Part shown: positions 28,900 to 42,370 of the stretch, one piece after another
How the letters are laid out: the number at the start of each line of letters is the position of its first letter
Numbering within the stretch: position 1 is the stretch's first letter
From: Octopus vulgaris
Lineage: Eukaryota
Direction of reading: 5' to 3'
Assembly (NCBI GenBank): GCA_951406725.2
Contig: OX597818.1
Span: 60,326,001 to 60,390,000, forward strand
Length of the DNA: 64,000 nt
Notes under the pieces: model-generated
The model's input: only the letters and a program-made list of their open reading frames with translations
The model's database searches: none
Told to the model about the DNA's origin: nothing
Program-made: the position numbers and the translations under genes

Positions 28900-29930
28900 G
28901 GAGCTTTAACCATACTCTAGCAGTGATTAGATACCTTGTGAAAGGCAACAATAGAAGAATCTCCAATTTATTGCTTTATAGAGTTGTATTAAACAGTACC
29001 CAACCCCTTTGTAATGAGACACGAATAAGGTATAGCTTAACAGATAAGTTAGTAGATATGGAAGATTCGCAGCATCATAACCAAAAATAGTCACAACAAG
29101 AGAACTTAGTGAGTGCAAACCTCCGCGACGTCCTCCCAACAATTAGCTGGAGATGATTTTGAATTTTTTAATGAGAATACCTGAAATAAACTCGACTGCT
29201 CTCACAAATGAGAATACTAAAGATGAACCCGACCGCTCTCAAAAATTAAGCAAAAAAAAAACCTGGAAAAGTAATCCAGAATCTTTGTCCGGTACCGGAT
29301 CGATCCCCAAATCTAATCAATTCGTGCCAGTTATGAGGCCAAGCATCCCTGAAAGTTTCATCCGAATCTATCCTGCAGTTTTTGAGATATCTTGTTCACG
29401 GACAAACAAACGAACAAACACGACTGAAAACTATACCCCCGCCTTCACTAAGGCGGGGGTAATAAGAAAGATAATCTGGTTCAATTTTCTGTCTCTAATT
29501 ATAAGCATTCCTCAAAAACCACACATAAGCTCTTTACTGTGCGTAACGTCAAAATCAGCTACTAATGCTTAGATGATATTGCTTCCAACGCTACAACAGA
29601 AATAAATATCTATCTAGTGAGTCTATAAAGCATACCCCATTTTGTAACTACCGAGATTTACCAAAATTAGGCCCTGGGAAGTTCCTGCGTCATAAAACGT
29701 ATAGTCTTCAGAGTCACCCTCCCGGTATCTAATGATTTCAAGATAAGATTTAGTTGACACATGCACTCCATTTGGTGTAGAGACAGGGGAAATACCTACC
29801 CCCACAGTTTCCCTTCAGCTGGAACCTCCGCGATCTGGAAACAACTTCTACAATATTATTTAGAGCTTCAACGGCACAACCCTTATTACTAAATTGGGGT
29901 TCATATAACAGGTTTTCATAACGAAAACAC
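28900..29930 (-). mobile_element. Ancient I-clade-like LINE RT fragment interrupted by a HINE
   Basis: Minus-strand remnants in expected order: NLLYEPQFSNKGCAVEAL, then DYTFYDAGTSQGLIL (G-x-PQG-like), then LFVSHYKGVGYCLIQLYKAI. Confidence 0.5.
29095..29465 (-). mobile_element. Helentron-associated interspersed element (HINE/DINE-1-like)
   Basis: 5' end TTATTACCCCCGCCTTAGTGAAGGCGGGGGT is a hairpin/subTIR; internal (TTTG)n; 3' end GCGGAGGTTTGCACTCACTAAGTTCTCTTGTT gives subTIR plus stem-loop; TT flanks. Confidence 0.8.
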
Positions 29931-31394
29931 AAAAAGCAGAGGAAGACAACACTACATACTTCTATATGTGTGTGTGTGTGTGCGTGTATGTGTGTGTTTC
30001 TATATGCGTGCGTGTTTCTGTATGTGTGTATCTCTCTGTCTCCCTGTCTCTCTGCCTCTCTTTCTTTCTTTCTCTTACGGTGTGTATAAAAAAAATTCGA
30101 AATCACACTTCAAAAATTTATATCGTAGAACATATAAGAAATATCAATGCGTATCGAAGCATATAGCCTATTTGTATACACAAGGACAAAAGCAGAAGCA
30201 TATACAGAAAGAAAACACGTTTCCCCTCACACACACATACACACACACAAACTCACACAAACAAACACACACACACACACACAAACACGTATACACTGGC
30301 ACAAACTGACACAAGCAGACGAAATAAATATTCGCACTCACATCTCCATAGACGGGATATATGAAACACCTATGATGAGATAAATTTTACACGCATGCCC
30401 CCCCAACACACACTCACACACATATCTATACATGTACATATATGCACACTTGTATACACACACGATTTATACATGCATGCGTACATACATACATACATAC
30501 ATACCAACATGTACATTTATATCATTATAAGCACGTATTTACTCAATTCGTAGAAGAGACATTACTTAGATAGATATTACATTGTGAGGTGGCAAATTCA
30601 CCGTGATCCCCTGACAATATCTCATGATCTATATGTCCTGTAGCAAAACTGAAACGATAATAACAGAAATAAAGTGATACAGAACGTATCACATTTATGT
30701 GTGTGAGAATGACTTTATAGACGCATAAAAACAAACACAAAACTTACATAAAAGCACACAACCTTACATAGATATACACATACACGCACATATATATATG
30801 TATGTATATATATATTATATCGTAATATTAAATTTCTGATTCGAAAATCCTGTATATTTACTAAGACACAGACAGAGATATATATGTTCCTATTTATTAA
30901 ATAAATATATATATATGTGTGTCTGGTAGCACGATTAGACGGCTAGATGTACGGTTGTACTGTGTAATGGTAAATTTACACTGGGCCCAGAAGTTAATGA
31001 TTGATTTCTATGTCCTAGAGTGTAAGAAAAATTATTATGTTCATATCACTTGCATATACGCATAAATATACGTGTGTTTATGTGTATACATACATACATA
31101 CATACATACATACATACATACATACATACATACATACATACATACATACATACATACATTTAGTCTACAGGTGAGAGCTTGATACGCTTAGTATAGAAAA
31201 TACGCAGAAGTTCTCAGCTGATTCGAACTTAAACCCCAGAAACTTTTTCAACTACGAGGTTCCCAGGGTCACGAATGTTTACAAGAAAAATCCAGGTAAG
31301 CTGAAATGGAGATACTGATGCAGCTTAAACATATATAAACGTATAAGGCAGTGCTCCAGCATGGCCACGTTCAAATGACCGAATACACACACAC

Positions 31395-31442
<48 letters not shown>

Positions 31443-31444
<2 letters not shown>

Positions 31445-31660
31445 AGGCGCAATGGCCCAGTGGTTAGGGCAGCGGACTCGTGGTCGGAGGATCGCGGTTT
31501 CGATTCCCAGACCGGGCGTTTTGTGTGTTTATTGAGCGAAAACACCTGAAGCACCACGAGGCCCCGGCAGGGGGTGGTGGTGACCCCTGTTGTGCTCTTT
31601 CGCCCCGACTTTCTCTCACTCTTCCTGTTTCTTGAGTAACGCTGCGATGGACTGGGGGGG
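31443..31660 (+). mobile_element. SINE family A, 5' part
   Basis: GGAGGCGCAATGGCCCAGTGGTTAGGGCAGCGGAC head. Confidence 0.85.
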
Positions 31661-31723
31661 GGGAACACATAGGCTAGGCTTGAAAGGGGCGCATAAATGA
31701 TAAAAAAAAAATATATATGTATG

Positions 31724-31941
31724 TATATATAATACTTGTAAACAAACGCTAAAAGCTTTATAAGTGACGGAGAGGAAGCTACTATGGAAGACTCATGGTA
31801 TAATAACTTTCACTTCAAATCAGAGAATAGAATATTTTCCTGATAAGTTATTATACAGTTATTATACTATGAGTCTGCCATACTAGCTTTCTCTCCGTAA
31901 CTTACAATGCCTATCGCGTTAGTTTACAGATATTATATGTA
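31724..31941. repeat. Diverged inverted repeat (~85-bp arms, ~50-bp spacer), MITE/foldback-like
   Basis: TAAGTGACGGAGAGGAAGCTACTATGGAAGACTCATGGTATAATAAC vs GTTATTATACTATGAGTCTGCCATACTAGCTTTCTCTCCGTAACTTA. Confidence 0.85.
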
Positions 31942-32212
31942 GTATATTATACGTAGAATATTATATTTATACAGTTTAGGAATTAAAGTGCCTAATACTA
32001 CATATGATATTTGTAAACATACAAACTTAAACTTTAAGTATATATTAATTAAATTTGGCTGAAATTGATGGGTGAGCGTTTGGCCCAATCGGATGCGCAA
32101 GGAGCCGTGTTAGCGTCGATTTGTGGGTTCGATTGTGGTCATTTGTTTGTATTTAAAAATTGTCACTTCAAATCGGAGAATAAAATATTGTTATGATATA
32201 TTATTATACAGT

Positions 32213-32302
<90 letters not shown>

Positions 32303-32345
32303 CATGCATACATATATACATACATACATACATATACATACATAC

Positions 32346-32622
32346 AATGGCCTAGTGGTTAGGGCAGCGGACTCGCGGTCGTAGGATCGCGGTTTCGATT
32401 CCCAGACCGGGCGTTGTGAGTGTTTATTGAGCGAAAACACCTAAAAGCTCCACGAGGCTCCGGCAGGGGGTGGTGATCCCTGCTGTACTCTTTCACCGCT
32501 CTTTCTTCTGTTGGCCTGCTCGCTTAGCTAGCGGGGTGGCGTCATTCGAAGGCTAAAACAATGCGAACGCGATGTGTAACTACATCTGATGGACTGGTCG
32601 GTCACGTGATGGTGATGGTGAT
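32346..32622 (+). mobile_element. SINE family A, tail type 2
   Basis: Same head as 55656, same tail as 24570 and 39062. Confidence 0.9.
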
Positions 32623-32971
32623 ATATATATATATATATATTAATACATAAATAGAGAAATATCTTTACATTAGAGCCTAAAATGTGAAGAATACAAAGGA
32701 GAGAATGCATAGCTTTTTAACCCGACAGCTGTTAATGGAAGCTCAGAATTGCGTCATGATTGTAATGTTCTTACTTAGCAGATAGAAAGTGCAAGAAAGT
32801 CGTAGGTATGCAGTCTGTAAATATTCGCAGAGACATATTACAATAACTCCAATTTTCCTCATCAAGAGATCTAAGTATATGTGTATACGTATACAAATAT
32901 GCACACACATATATGTACACATACATACTTACATATAGATATATAGGTATAGATATGTATATATAGACGTA

Positions 32972-34226
32972 CAAGAGTGGGACAAAATAATGGAAACACC
33001 TTAAAATTGCAAGCAAATTTATTCTAATATGGAGTTGGACCGCCTTTGGCAATAATTACAGCTTAAATTCTACGAGATATGGAGTCGTACAAAGTTCGAA
33101 TTTTTTCCAAAGGAATTTTTGTCCATTCTTCAGCTAAAATAGTCTCTAGTTCTTGTAGTGATGATGGTAGAGGGATCGACTCCTTGTTTTTCTAAAATGC
33201 ATCATGAATATTCAATAATGTTGAGATCTAGGGACTGTGGTGGCCAGATAAGATGTTCAACTTCACAAGAATGCTTCTCGTGCCATTCAGTAACAACTTT
33301 AACTGTGTGAATTGGTGCATTATCATCCTGAGATTGCGTTTCCCCCGGAAACAGTTCCGCAACCATAGGATGAATTTGATCAGATAAAATGCTTAAATGG
33401 TCTTGCCTATCAATTCCGCCATGAGGGGAAACCATGGGGCTGTCGGATTTCCAAGATATAGCCCCCTACCACCACCACCACCACCAGATCATTGCAGATC
33501 CTCCTCCATGTTTAACGGCAATCTGGGTCAAATACTTCTTTTGGCTGTCTCCACACGTATACTCGGCCGGTGGTCGGAAATAAGTTAAAGGATGACTCGT
33601 TTGAGAAAATAACATTTTCTAGGGACCAATTCTGTAGGTTTTTACTCCATCGCTTTGCAATGTTTCTTTTTGAAAGTAGTGGTTTTCTGATTGTAGCCCT
33701 CCCGTGAAATCCTGCTTTGTACAGCTCCCGGCGAACAGATTTTGTGGAAACTGGGTTCTCGTGGTGGTCATTAAGCTCAGCAGTAATTTTTTGGAGCTGT
33801 ACTTTCGTGATCGTTTCTAACAATTCGCGTAAGAGTCTGACGGTCCCTATCTGAAAGTTTTGGTTTTCCCCGGAGATTTGTTTCGACGAGGAGGTTTTTT
33901 CCACTTTCTCAAAGTACTGTCATTACTTTCGAGACAGTACTTCTTGATACACCTAACGTTTCGGCTGTTTTCGTTACGCTAGCACCTGCCACAGGAGCAC
34001 CAACAATTTGACCTCTTTGAAAGTTTGATAGCTCTATCATTACAATGAATTTTAATTACCTTTTTCTGATGATATCTGAAAAGAAACAACAATTTTAGCA
34101 AAGCATACTAAGCAAGACTAATAATAAATCAAAAACAAAAATAAACAAGCTTTTGACGGTTTTATAGATATTTAAAAATTATGATGCTATGATGCTAGGT
34201 GTTTCCATTATTTTGTGCAACCCCTG
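32972..34226 (-). mobile_element. Full-length Tc1-family DNA transposon, 1255 bp, ~30-bp TIRs
   Basis: TIRs CAAGAGTGGGACAAAATAATGGAAACACCT (32972-33001) and AGGTGTTTCCATTATTTTGTGCAACCCCTG (34197-34226). TA on the left flank. Confidence 0.95.
33024..34040 (-). pseudogene. Tc1-type transposase pseudogene with DD36E spacing
   Basis: [15 protein letters not shown]...[10 protein letters not shown], ...VIFSNESSF (first D changed to N), QDDNAPIH...WPPQSLDLNIIE, ...GGPTPY*. Frameshifts and stops present. Confidence 0.93.
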
Positions 34227-34269
34227 TGTATACATATTTACGTATGTATATGTATATCTATACATATAT

Positions 34270-35045
34270 ATAATCGTAAATTAAAAACCATAAATCTCGC
34301 AAATAGCTACCGAGGGTTTCCTGGTGGAAATAACAATTTATTCTGTCATTCATCAAGCTGAAAGCAAGATCGTTTGTCAGTTGATTTTTTTGAGGAGGTA
34401 ACTTTTAAACAAGAGACGCTTGTAAAGAAGACGAAAGGGAAAAACACAAGGGAGATAACTCATGTTACAATAATTCGATTTCAAGCAGACATAAATCAGA
34501 TGTTAATCGTTTTGTAAGTATCCGATGATCTACTTTTAAATTCCGGCAAGATGTGTTTTTCGAAATGTGGACATTTGTTCCTCGAATTTATGTATTTATT
34601 GGGGGTTCTCAAGTGTTTTACTAGATAAAGGTTTTCAAGCGAACACACTCAACATTTTCTAGACCCTTTTATACAGGGTTTGGATTTAGAGAGAATTCTC
34701 CATTTGATACCGAAATTGGTCCATTCATCTTTAATATTCCAGATAAAAACCGAAAGGGTTGCTGAATGCCTCTTATCACTGTCCCCTAAAATTCGAATGA
34801 TGGGTGTTATATCGAGATACAATAAGACCTTTAACAGACACACAATAAAAGTTACCTTTTCTTGTCCTAATGCTATATCAATAAGCAATAGACGACTCAA
34901 GCCTGTCCCGAATGCACATGTAGAAACAAATTTAAGTGTCCCCTAGGATAGTAGTGCGGTATATCTTTAGTTGTTTATGAAGCACAGTCGTACAAGTATC
35001 AAACGTTATATCGGAGCCGTGGCAAGAAAATTTAAATCTAGACGT
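34270..35045 (-). mobile_element. Decayed PLE 3' end with inverted 5' segment (GIY-YIG split across strands) and terminal HHR-like motif
   Basis: Minus ~34560-34817: SRYNTHHSNFR/DSDKRHSATLSVFIWNIKD...IKWRILSKSKP. Plus ~34815-35043: RYNKTFNRHTIKVTFSCPN/CTCRNKFKCPL/VVYEA/RYIGAVARKFKSR. Confidence 0.8.
34305..34359 (-). ncRNA. Hammerhead-like motif (C3U) downstream of the decayed PLE endonuclease
   Basis: AGC-TTGATGA-ATGACAG..TTGTTAT..-GAAACC-CTC-GGTA-GCT. Confidence 0.55.
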
Positions 35046-35920
35046 AACAAAACTAATATTTTAGATCTTCAATTGGAGCAAAGATTATATCAAAGCTTTT
35101 TTCACGTGAATCAAATGTTAGATCCTATATTTGTATAAATCATGCAATGAAAGATAGAACAAACAAATTAATTTTTAACCGTGGGTGTTAATAAAATTCT
35201 ACTATGTATGACAGTATTATATATCTATTTATATATTTATTATCCAGATATCTAATATCTCCGTATTCATTTCTAGAATGTTACCCATGATGAGATGGTT
35301 TGCTAAGTTACAAGCATTCTATAAAGAAAGGGGAAATAAAATTCACATTCCATGAATTTCTTTCTGACTGTAATAATGCTCCATCTTTAATGAAATATCA
35401 CGCTTCATAAAATTCGTAATTTACATATCTCGGGTTATGTAATACTGATGATATCCAAAAGGAATGAAATGGTGCTACACGGGATTACCTAAGACTGGCC
35501 TTCGTAATACTATAAGCAAAAAAAAAAAGAGAAAATGGTGCCCCAGTATGACCGCAACTTTAAAGCTAGAACGAGTTAGAGTTACTATATGCATCTTCGT
35601 TATTTTATTGTTACTATTGTTAATATTATATGCATCTTTGTTATTTTGTCATTTTAAATTCAAGCATGTAATCCTGCTAAAACATTATGAATAAATTATT
35701 GTCCCTTATGATGTCTTGTAGCAGACACCACGTGTTTAGAAGTCTAGTTTTGCCAATATATAAGTATATGCAAGCATAAAATATATTCTAATACATAGAA
35801 ATATATACTTGCAAAAACTTGGAGAAATGGAACACACACACAATGCCACTACAGATACATATACAATGAATATCAACGCATTCATAGGCATTGCCTAAAT
35901 ATAATCACACACACATTATA

Positions 35921-35953
<33 letters not shown>

Positions 35954-35969
35954 CTCTCTATATATATAT

Positions 35970-36023
<54 letters not shown>

Positions 36024-36039
36024 TATATAATATATCTTT

Positions 36040-36093
<54 letters not shown>

Positions 36094-36496
36094 TAGATAC
36101 ACAGACACAGGCATAGAGGTGCGAAGAAATGTATATACATATCCAATAGCTATGATGATATATAAAGGAAAGATGGTGCGACTACAATAATTACAATTTA
36201 ACTTTTATTAAATTTATTGGAGCTTATACAAAATGATGAAATGGACACTAATTTTCAAAAGAAAAATATTTATTACCTTAAAATAAAATTAAATAAGACA
36301 GATTTCTCATTTGTATATTTGTAATCAATATGCTGTTATTTATTATTTTTTCCTAAATTTTCTCACTCTAACCGCAATCGACTCCATCGAAAACATATCA
36401 CTGAGAAATTTTATTAAAAATTGTATAGTTTTTAAAAGTTATCCTTGACTGCAACGAAGCCTCGTATGCGTACACATCTTGCACATCTTATGCTAA

Positions 36497-36572
<76 letters not shown>

Positions 36573-36764
36573 CTAGATGTCACTTTTAGTCTCTTCCCGT
36601 CTCCCCATGCGATGTATATCGACAATTAATATATAGAGATGCATTTTGGCGAAAACACTTCGCTCTTATAAATCTTTATCCGATAATGTCGAATAACATG
36701 CCACATTATTTCACCTGTTTATCTTCCCTTTACACATACATACGCATGCATAAACACACACATA

Positions 36765-36819
<55 letters not shown>

Positions 36820-37854
36820 GTACAATATTTGCAAAGGCAAATAAATACCACAAATGCCGCAGTAATTATAATGTGTATGGGAAATACTGAAAAGCTTAAG
36901 ATACTGCCCTGTCCTGCTTATATTCTAAAGAGAAGAAAAGAAGCTTTCTTTTCGTGTTTGAATACAAGACAAATTCATCCGCTTTCCTTTGAACACATCC
37001 TTGTTCCGGATGTATTTCAGCTCCAAACATTTTGATCCCTTGAAGGCACTGAGCCAACAACCGTTTGCAATATACTCATACCATTTCCTTTCTCACATTC
37101 AAACATCCATAGCAAACTCTTTTCATTTCCTTTCTTCTCCTGCCTTCAACACTTGTCCGCTATCCTTAAGTAGTTAATTCGGTTACGAACGAGCAAATCT
37201 ATTGCCTGCAAAACAACTAAGCGATACATCCTCTCGATAAGGTAACAATGAATGTATCAACAAATACAACTGTGAACCATTATTACAGACACTCCTAAAG
37301 ACTGGATTAATTATTCAAAAGACTTTATAATACAGGTACGGTCATTCTTCAACGAGAACGTCAAATGGAATTCGCACCTGTAATTTGGAAGCTAAGTTGA
37401 AGCACATGGGCAAATTTACATCTGAGAAGATAAATTTTGACCAGTAACCAAGTCTCGTTTAAAAATAACCACAATGCTTTTGCTCTTGAATTATTTAGAA
37501 AGACAGACGGCTGTAACTCTTCACCTAAACTCAAATTTGATATTTTAAAATAATTTCAAACTGAAACGCAGACCATATGTAATTACGACAGAACTGTGAT
37601 ACTTGGCTGGTTACAAATAATATAACGATATCGATATTTACTTGTTATTACATGTATACACTCGCTTATTTACAAAATCACTCTCACACATATACATACG
37701 TATCTAATTATATTAAGTATTCTTTCCTGTATTTATATATATGCCACCAACTCATACATATATATACTATACTCACCTATATACATGTGAACACCCATCA
37801 ACAATACATATAGGCATGTATTTGTGTACATATATACACACATATATATTTATA

Positions 37855-37896
<42 letters not shown>

Positions 37897-37913
37897 TATA
37901 TATATTTATATGT

Positions 37914-37981
<68 letters not shown>

Positions 37982-38001
37982 CAATAACACAGATGGGTTG
38001 A

Positions 38002-38066
38002 GGTTCATTACAGCTGTTTCAGGTGTGTTCTTTATTGAGGAACAAAACCGTTACATCAGGTAAAAA
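38002..38066 (-). ncRNA. Decayed hammerhead-like motif in a PLE terminal-repeat remnant next to (TA)n
   Basis: CTGATGT-AAC-GGTTTTGTTC..GAACACACC-T-GAAACAGCTGTA; helix I is imperfect. Confidence 0.45.
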
Positions 38067-38163
38067 CCCTCGTTTCTTCTCGTGAACACAGAGCAAAAAC
38101 TTAACACTTAGAATTTCCCCACAATATAGAAAATAGAGCAAAATCCAGGTTATGGCTGGTAGA

Positions 38164-38206
<43 letters not shown>

Positions 38207-38965
38207 TGCGCGTATGTGTGAGTGTGTGTGTGTGTGTGTGTGCGTGTACGTATATATTCATCTCGAAGTACGTATAAAACTATAAATAATAGCTGTTACT
38301 ATATAAGGCTGAGAAACTCTTTCGGGTCGAAAAAGTCGAAAACTGTCCATAGGGGCCGAGCCTTCATCTTCTGTAGATATGACAGACTTTCTGCCATTGG
38401 ACCAAAGTAATTTCTCGGAATTTTAACAAAAGAGAAAAAAAGTATTACACGTTGCGTCGAAAGTTTATTAATTCTTATGGCCTCAATAAAATGCAATTCG
38501 CGCTAGTAAGAATAAAGATTCTAAAATTAATAGAAAATGCCGAAGGATTTCTGTACAAGAGATAGGAGTTCGTACCGCCTTTGGTAGCCTTCGAATTTTT
38601 CTATCCAAAAAGGTTTAACAGTTTTCACAGGCTAGACTGAACCGTTAGTACGCCATAGAAAAACCTTAGCCGCATTTCGTTTGTCTTTAATTACTGAGTT
38701 CAAATTCCAACGAGGTCGACTGTGCTATTCATTCTTTCGGGGTCGATGAAATAAGTACCAATCAAACACTGGGGTCGATGTAATCGACATACCCTTCCCC
38801 CAAAATCCCATTAGCAGAAATAATTATTCATAGATTATATATTTCAAGTTCCATTTCCAGACAAACATTATTCCATGTTCTCGTTAAAGTTTATAAATTA
38901 TGAGTCTCAACTTATATAAAGTAATGCCTCGGTTTTCGAACAACTCTGATCGCGAATAAACCGTG

Positions 38966-39011
<46 letters not shown>

Positions 39012-39061
39012 ATATTCATCTGAATCTAAATTTTGCTGGACTTATATATATATATATATCC

Positions 39062-39331
39062 GTCACTGTCACCGTCACCGACCAGTCTATCAGATGTTGC
39101 TTCACATCGCTGGTCACAATGCGCTTCGCATTGTTTTAGCCTTCAAATGACGCCACCCCGCTGGCTAAGCGAGCAGGCCAACAGAAGAAAGAGTGAGAGA
39201 AAGTTGTGGCGAAAGAGTACAGCAGGTATCGCCACCACCCACTGCCGGAGCCTCGTGGAGCTATAGGTGTTTTCGCTCAATAAACACTCACAACGCCCGG
39301 TTTGCTCTAACGACTGGGCCATTGCGCCTCC
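39062..39331 (-). mobile_element. SINE family A, tail type 2, with a deletion in the head
   Basis: Reverse complement of the 32346 copy. Confidence 0.88.
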
Positions 39332-39355
39332 ACACACACACACATATATATATAT

Positions 39356-39530
<175 letters not shown>

Positions 39531-40004
39531 TAAAACACGATTTATTCGTGATCAGAATTGTTCAAAAACCGAGGTTCTACTGTATTCATTTATATATACA
39601 TGTACGCACATCTATACATACATAACACATCTATAACACATCTATAACACACGCGCATATATTTCGGTCATATATGCGCAGATATTTATACACAGGTATA
39701 TATATATATCGTAAGTAGATAACTGAACGCGCATACTCATGTTCACCTATTTTCACTCATTCATTTAATGTACTCCCATCCATACGCACCTGTACTTTCA
39801 TAACTTACTTTTGAGTTTTAGACATATATTCTCACATGACAATACACCAGAGCGCATACATTCAAACTTACAGAACATATGCGATTCTCATATAATACAA
39901 TTACGTACAATGCAAAATATTATAGCATATTATATAATATAATAATGCAACATATTGTAATTTAATTTTGCACGTGCACTAAATCTACAATAAAGAAAAC
40001 CAAT

Positions 40005-40044
<40 letters not shown>

Positions 40045-40059
40045 CATCATTATTATTAA

Positions 40060-40232
40060 GGCGGCGAACTGGCAGAATCGTTAGCACGCCGGGCAAAATG
40101 CTTAGATGGCATTTCGTCTGTCTTTATATTCTGAATTCAAATTCCGCCGAAGTCGACTTTGCCTTTCATCCTTTCGGGGTCGATTAAATAAGTACCAAAT
40201 TCGCACCGGGCTCGATGTAATCGACTTAACCC
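40060..40232 (+). mobile_element. SINE family C
   Basis: GGCGGCGAACTGGCAGAATCGTTAGCACGCCGGGC head and body. Confidence 0.85.
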
Positions 40233-40286
40233 GCTCCTCCAAGCTACCCTTTTGGCAAAAATATGAAATCATTATTATTATTATCA

Positions 40287-40757
40287 TTGAGTGAGAGAGC
40301 AGTGCATGCCATCAAAGTGACACTGGGGTAAATTTTACGAAGCCCAGTATACCCATCATGACTACCCGTCTGATAAGGGTACACCATGTACATGCATCAC
40401 AACCATGTGTGCGCGACGTGGTGATCTCAAATCAAAATAAACAGCACATGACCTTGCAGCTGGGGCCCAGTTAGAATTTTCTTCTGGTTGAGTAGCCCAT
40501 CCCGCTCAAACGGTCCCCGAATAAGGGTTGTTTAAGGATGTTGAAAGAACCACCCATGTTTCCAGAGGTGAACTATTCAAACCCCAAAGCATCCCTCTCA
40601 ACACATGGCTATGATGCTCCCCCACTACTTCTGCTCGTGATCAGAGATGCACATATCGTTAGCCACTAAGGGACATGCTCAACTGGTTAAGGTCAAACAA
40701 CTGACAAGGAAATCTGTGGTATTGAGCAGAATATTTGCTGTAGCCCATCTTTTATAT
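40287..40757. mobile_element. Unclassified ~470-bp insert bounded by (ATT)n on both sides
   Basis: GC-richer block sharply delimited by ATT repeats. Possibly the UTR of a TAA-targeting non-LTR element (inference); only one copy in the window. Confidence 0.4.
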
Positions 40758-40788
40758 TATAATTATAATAATAATAATAATAATAATA

Positions 40789-40844
<56 letters not shown>

Positions 40845-40873
40845 CATCATCATCATCATCATCATCATTATTA

Positions 40874-40910
<37 letters not shown>

Positions 40911-40913
40911 CAA

Positions 40914-41130
40914 GGCGGCGAGTCGGCAGAATCGTTAGCACGCCAGGTGAATTTCTTAGCGGTATTTCGCCCGTAGTTACGTTCTGAGTTCAAATTCCGT
41001 CGAGGTTGCCTTTGCCATTCATCCTTTCGGGGCTCATAAATTAAGTACCAGTGAAACACTGGGGCTGATATAATTGTCTAGTCCCCTTCCCTTCAAATAT
41101 CAGGCCTTGTGCCTTTAGTAGAAAGGATTA
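40914..41130 (+). mobile_element. SINE family C
   Basis: Head and Meta-like block. Confidence 0.8.
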
Positions 41131-41133
41131 TTA

Positions 41134-41173
<40 letters not shown>

Positions 41174-41560
41174 TACTTCCGCCTTAGCGAAGGCGGAAAT
41201 ATTTTTTTTCACAATGCTAACAATTCCGTCAGGTCGCCCCTTTAATAATTCCTTTTACTATCGACGCAAGGCCTGAAATTTGGGGGAGCGGGATCTAGTC
41301 GAATTTTTTGATCCCACCATTCAACTGCTGCTTATTTTATCGATCTCGGCGGAAGCTGAACTCAGAATGTAAAGACGGACGAAATGTCGCTAAGAATTTT
41401 GACCGGTGTGCTAGCGATTCTATCAGCTCACCACTTTTATTGGTTTCAAATTTCGGCAGAATGCCAGTAATTTGGGAGCAGGGAGTAAGCTGACTACGTG
41501 GACCCCCGTGCTAAACCGACACTTATTTTGTCGACTCCCGAAAGGATGAAAAGTAAAGTC

Positions 41561-41664
41561 GACTCGGTATAATTCGATCGGTAGACGTAAAGCCGGACGA
41601 AATGGTGAGAAGCATTGTTTTTTTTCCGGTTTGCTAACGACTCTACCAACTCATAATAATAATA

Positions 41665-41716
<52 letters not shown>

Positions 41717-41732
41717 TAATAATAATGATAAC

Positions 41733-41830
<98 letters not shown>

Positions 41831-41897
41831 ATAATCGAAGAAGAAGAAGAAGAAGAAGAAGAAGAAGAAGAAGAAGAAGAAGAAGAAGAAGAAGAAG

Positions 41898-41928
<31 letters not shown>

Positions 41929-42057
41929 TGACTCGGTATAATTCGATCGCTAGACGTAAAGCCGGACGAAATGGTGAGAAGCATTGTTTTTTTTTTTCCG
42001 GTTTGCTAACGACTCTACCAACTCATAATAATAACAATAATAATAATAATAATAATG

Positions 42058-42088
<31 letters not shown>

Positions 42089-42370
42089 TAATAATAATGA
42101 CAATAATAATAATAATGATAATAATGATAATAATAATGATAATAATGACGAGAAGAAAAAGGAATGAAAGGAAAAAGAACACGAAGGTGAAGAAGAAGAA
42201 GAAGAAGAAGAAGAAGAAGAAGAAGAAGAAGAAGAAGAAGAAGAAGAAGAAGAAGAAGAAGGAGAAGGTGAAGAAGAACACGAAGGTGAAGAAGAACACG
42301 AAGGTGAAGAAGAAGAAGAAGAAGAAGAAGAAGAAGAAGAAGAAGAAGAAGAAGAAGAAGAAGAAGAAAA
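41561..42370. repeat. Tandem duplication of a decayed SINE-C head + (AAT)n + (GAA)n
   Basis: GACTCGGTATAATTCGATCG.TAGACGTAAAGCCGGACGAAATGGTGAGAAGCATTG...CTACCAACTCATAAT at ~41561 and ~41930. Confidence 0.9.

Noticed and set aside
38377-38406. 30-nt plus-strand micro-exon candidate (CTTCTGTAG ... AAA|GTAATT)
   Set aside because: Signals of this strength are expected by chance in 64 kb, and no partner exons were found.
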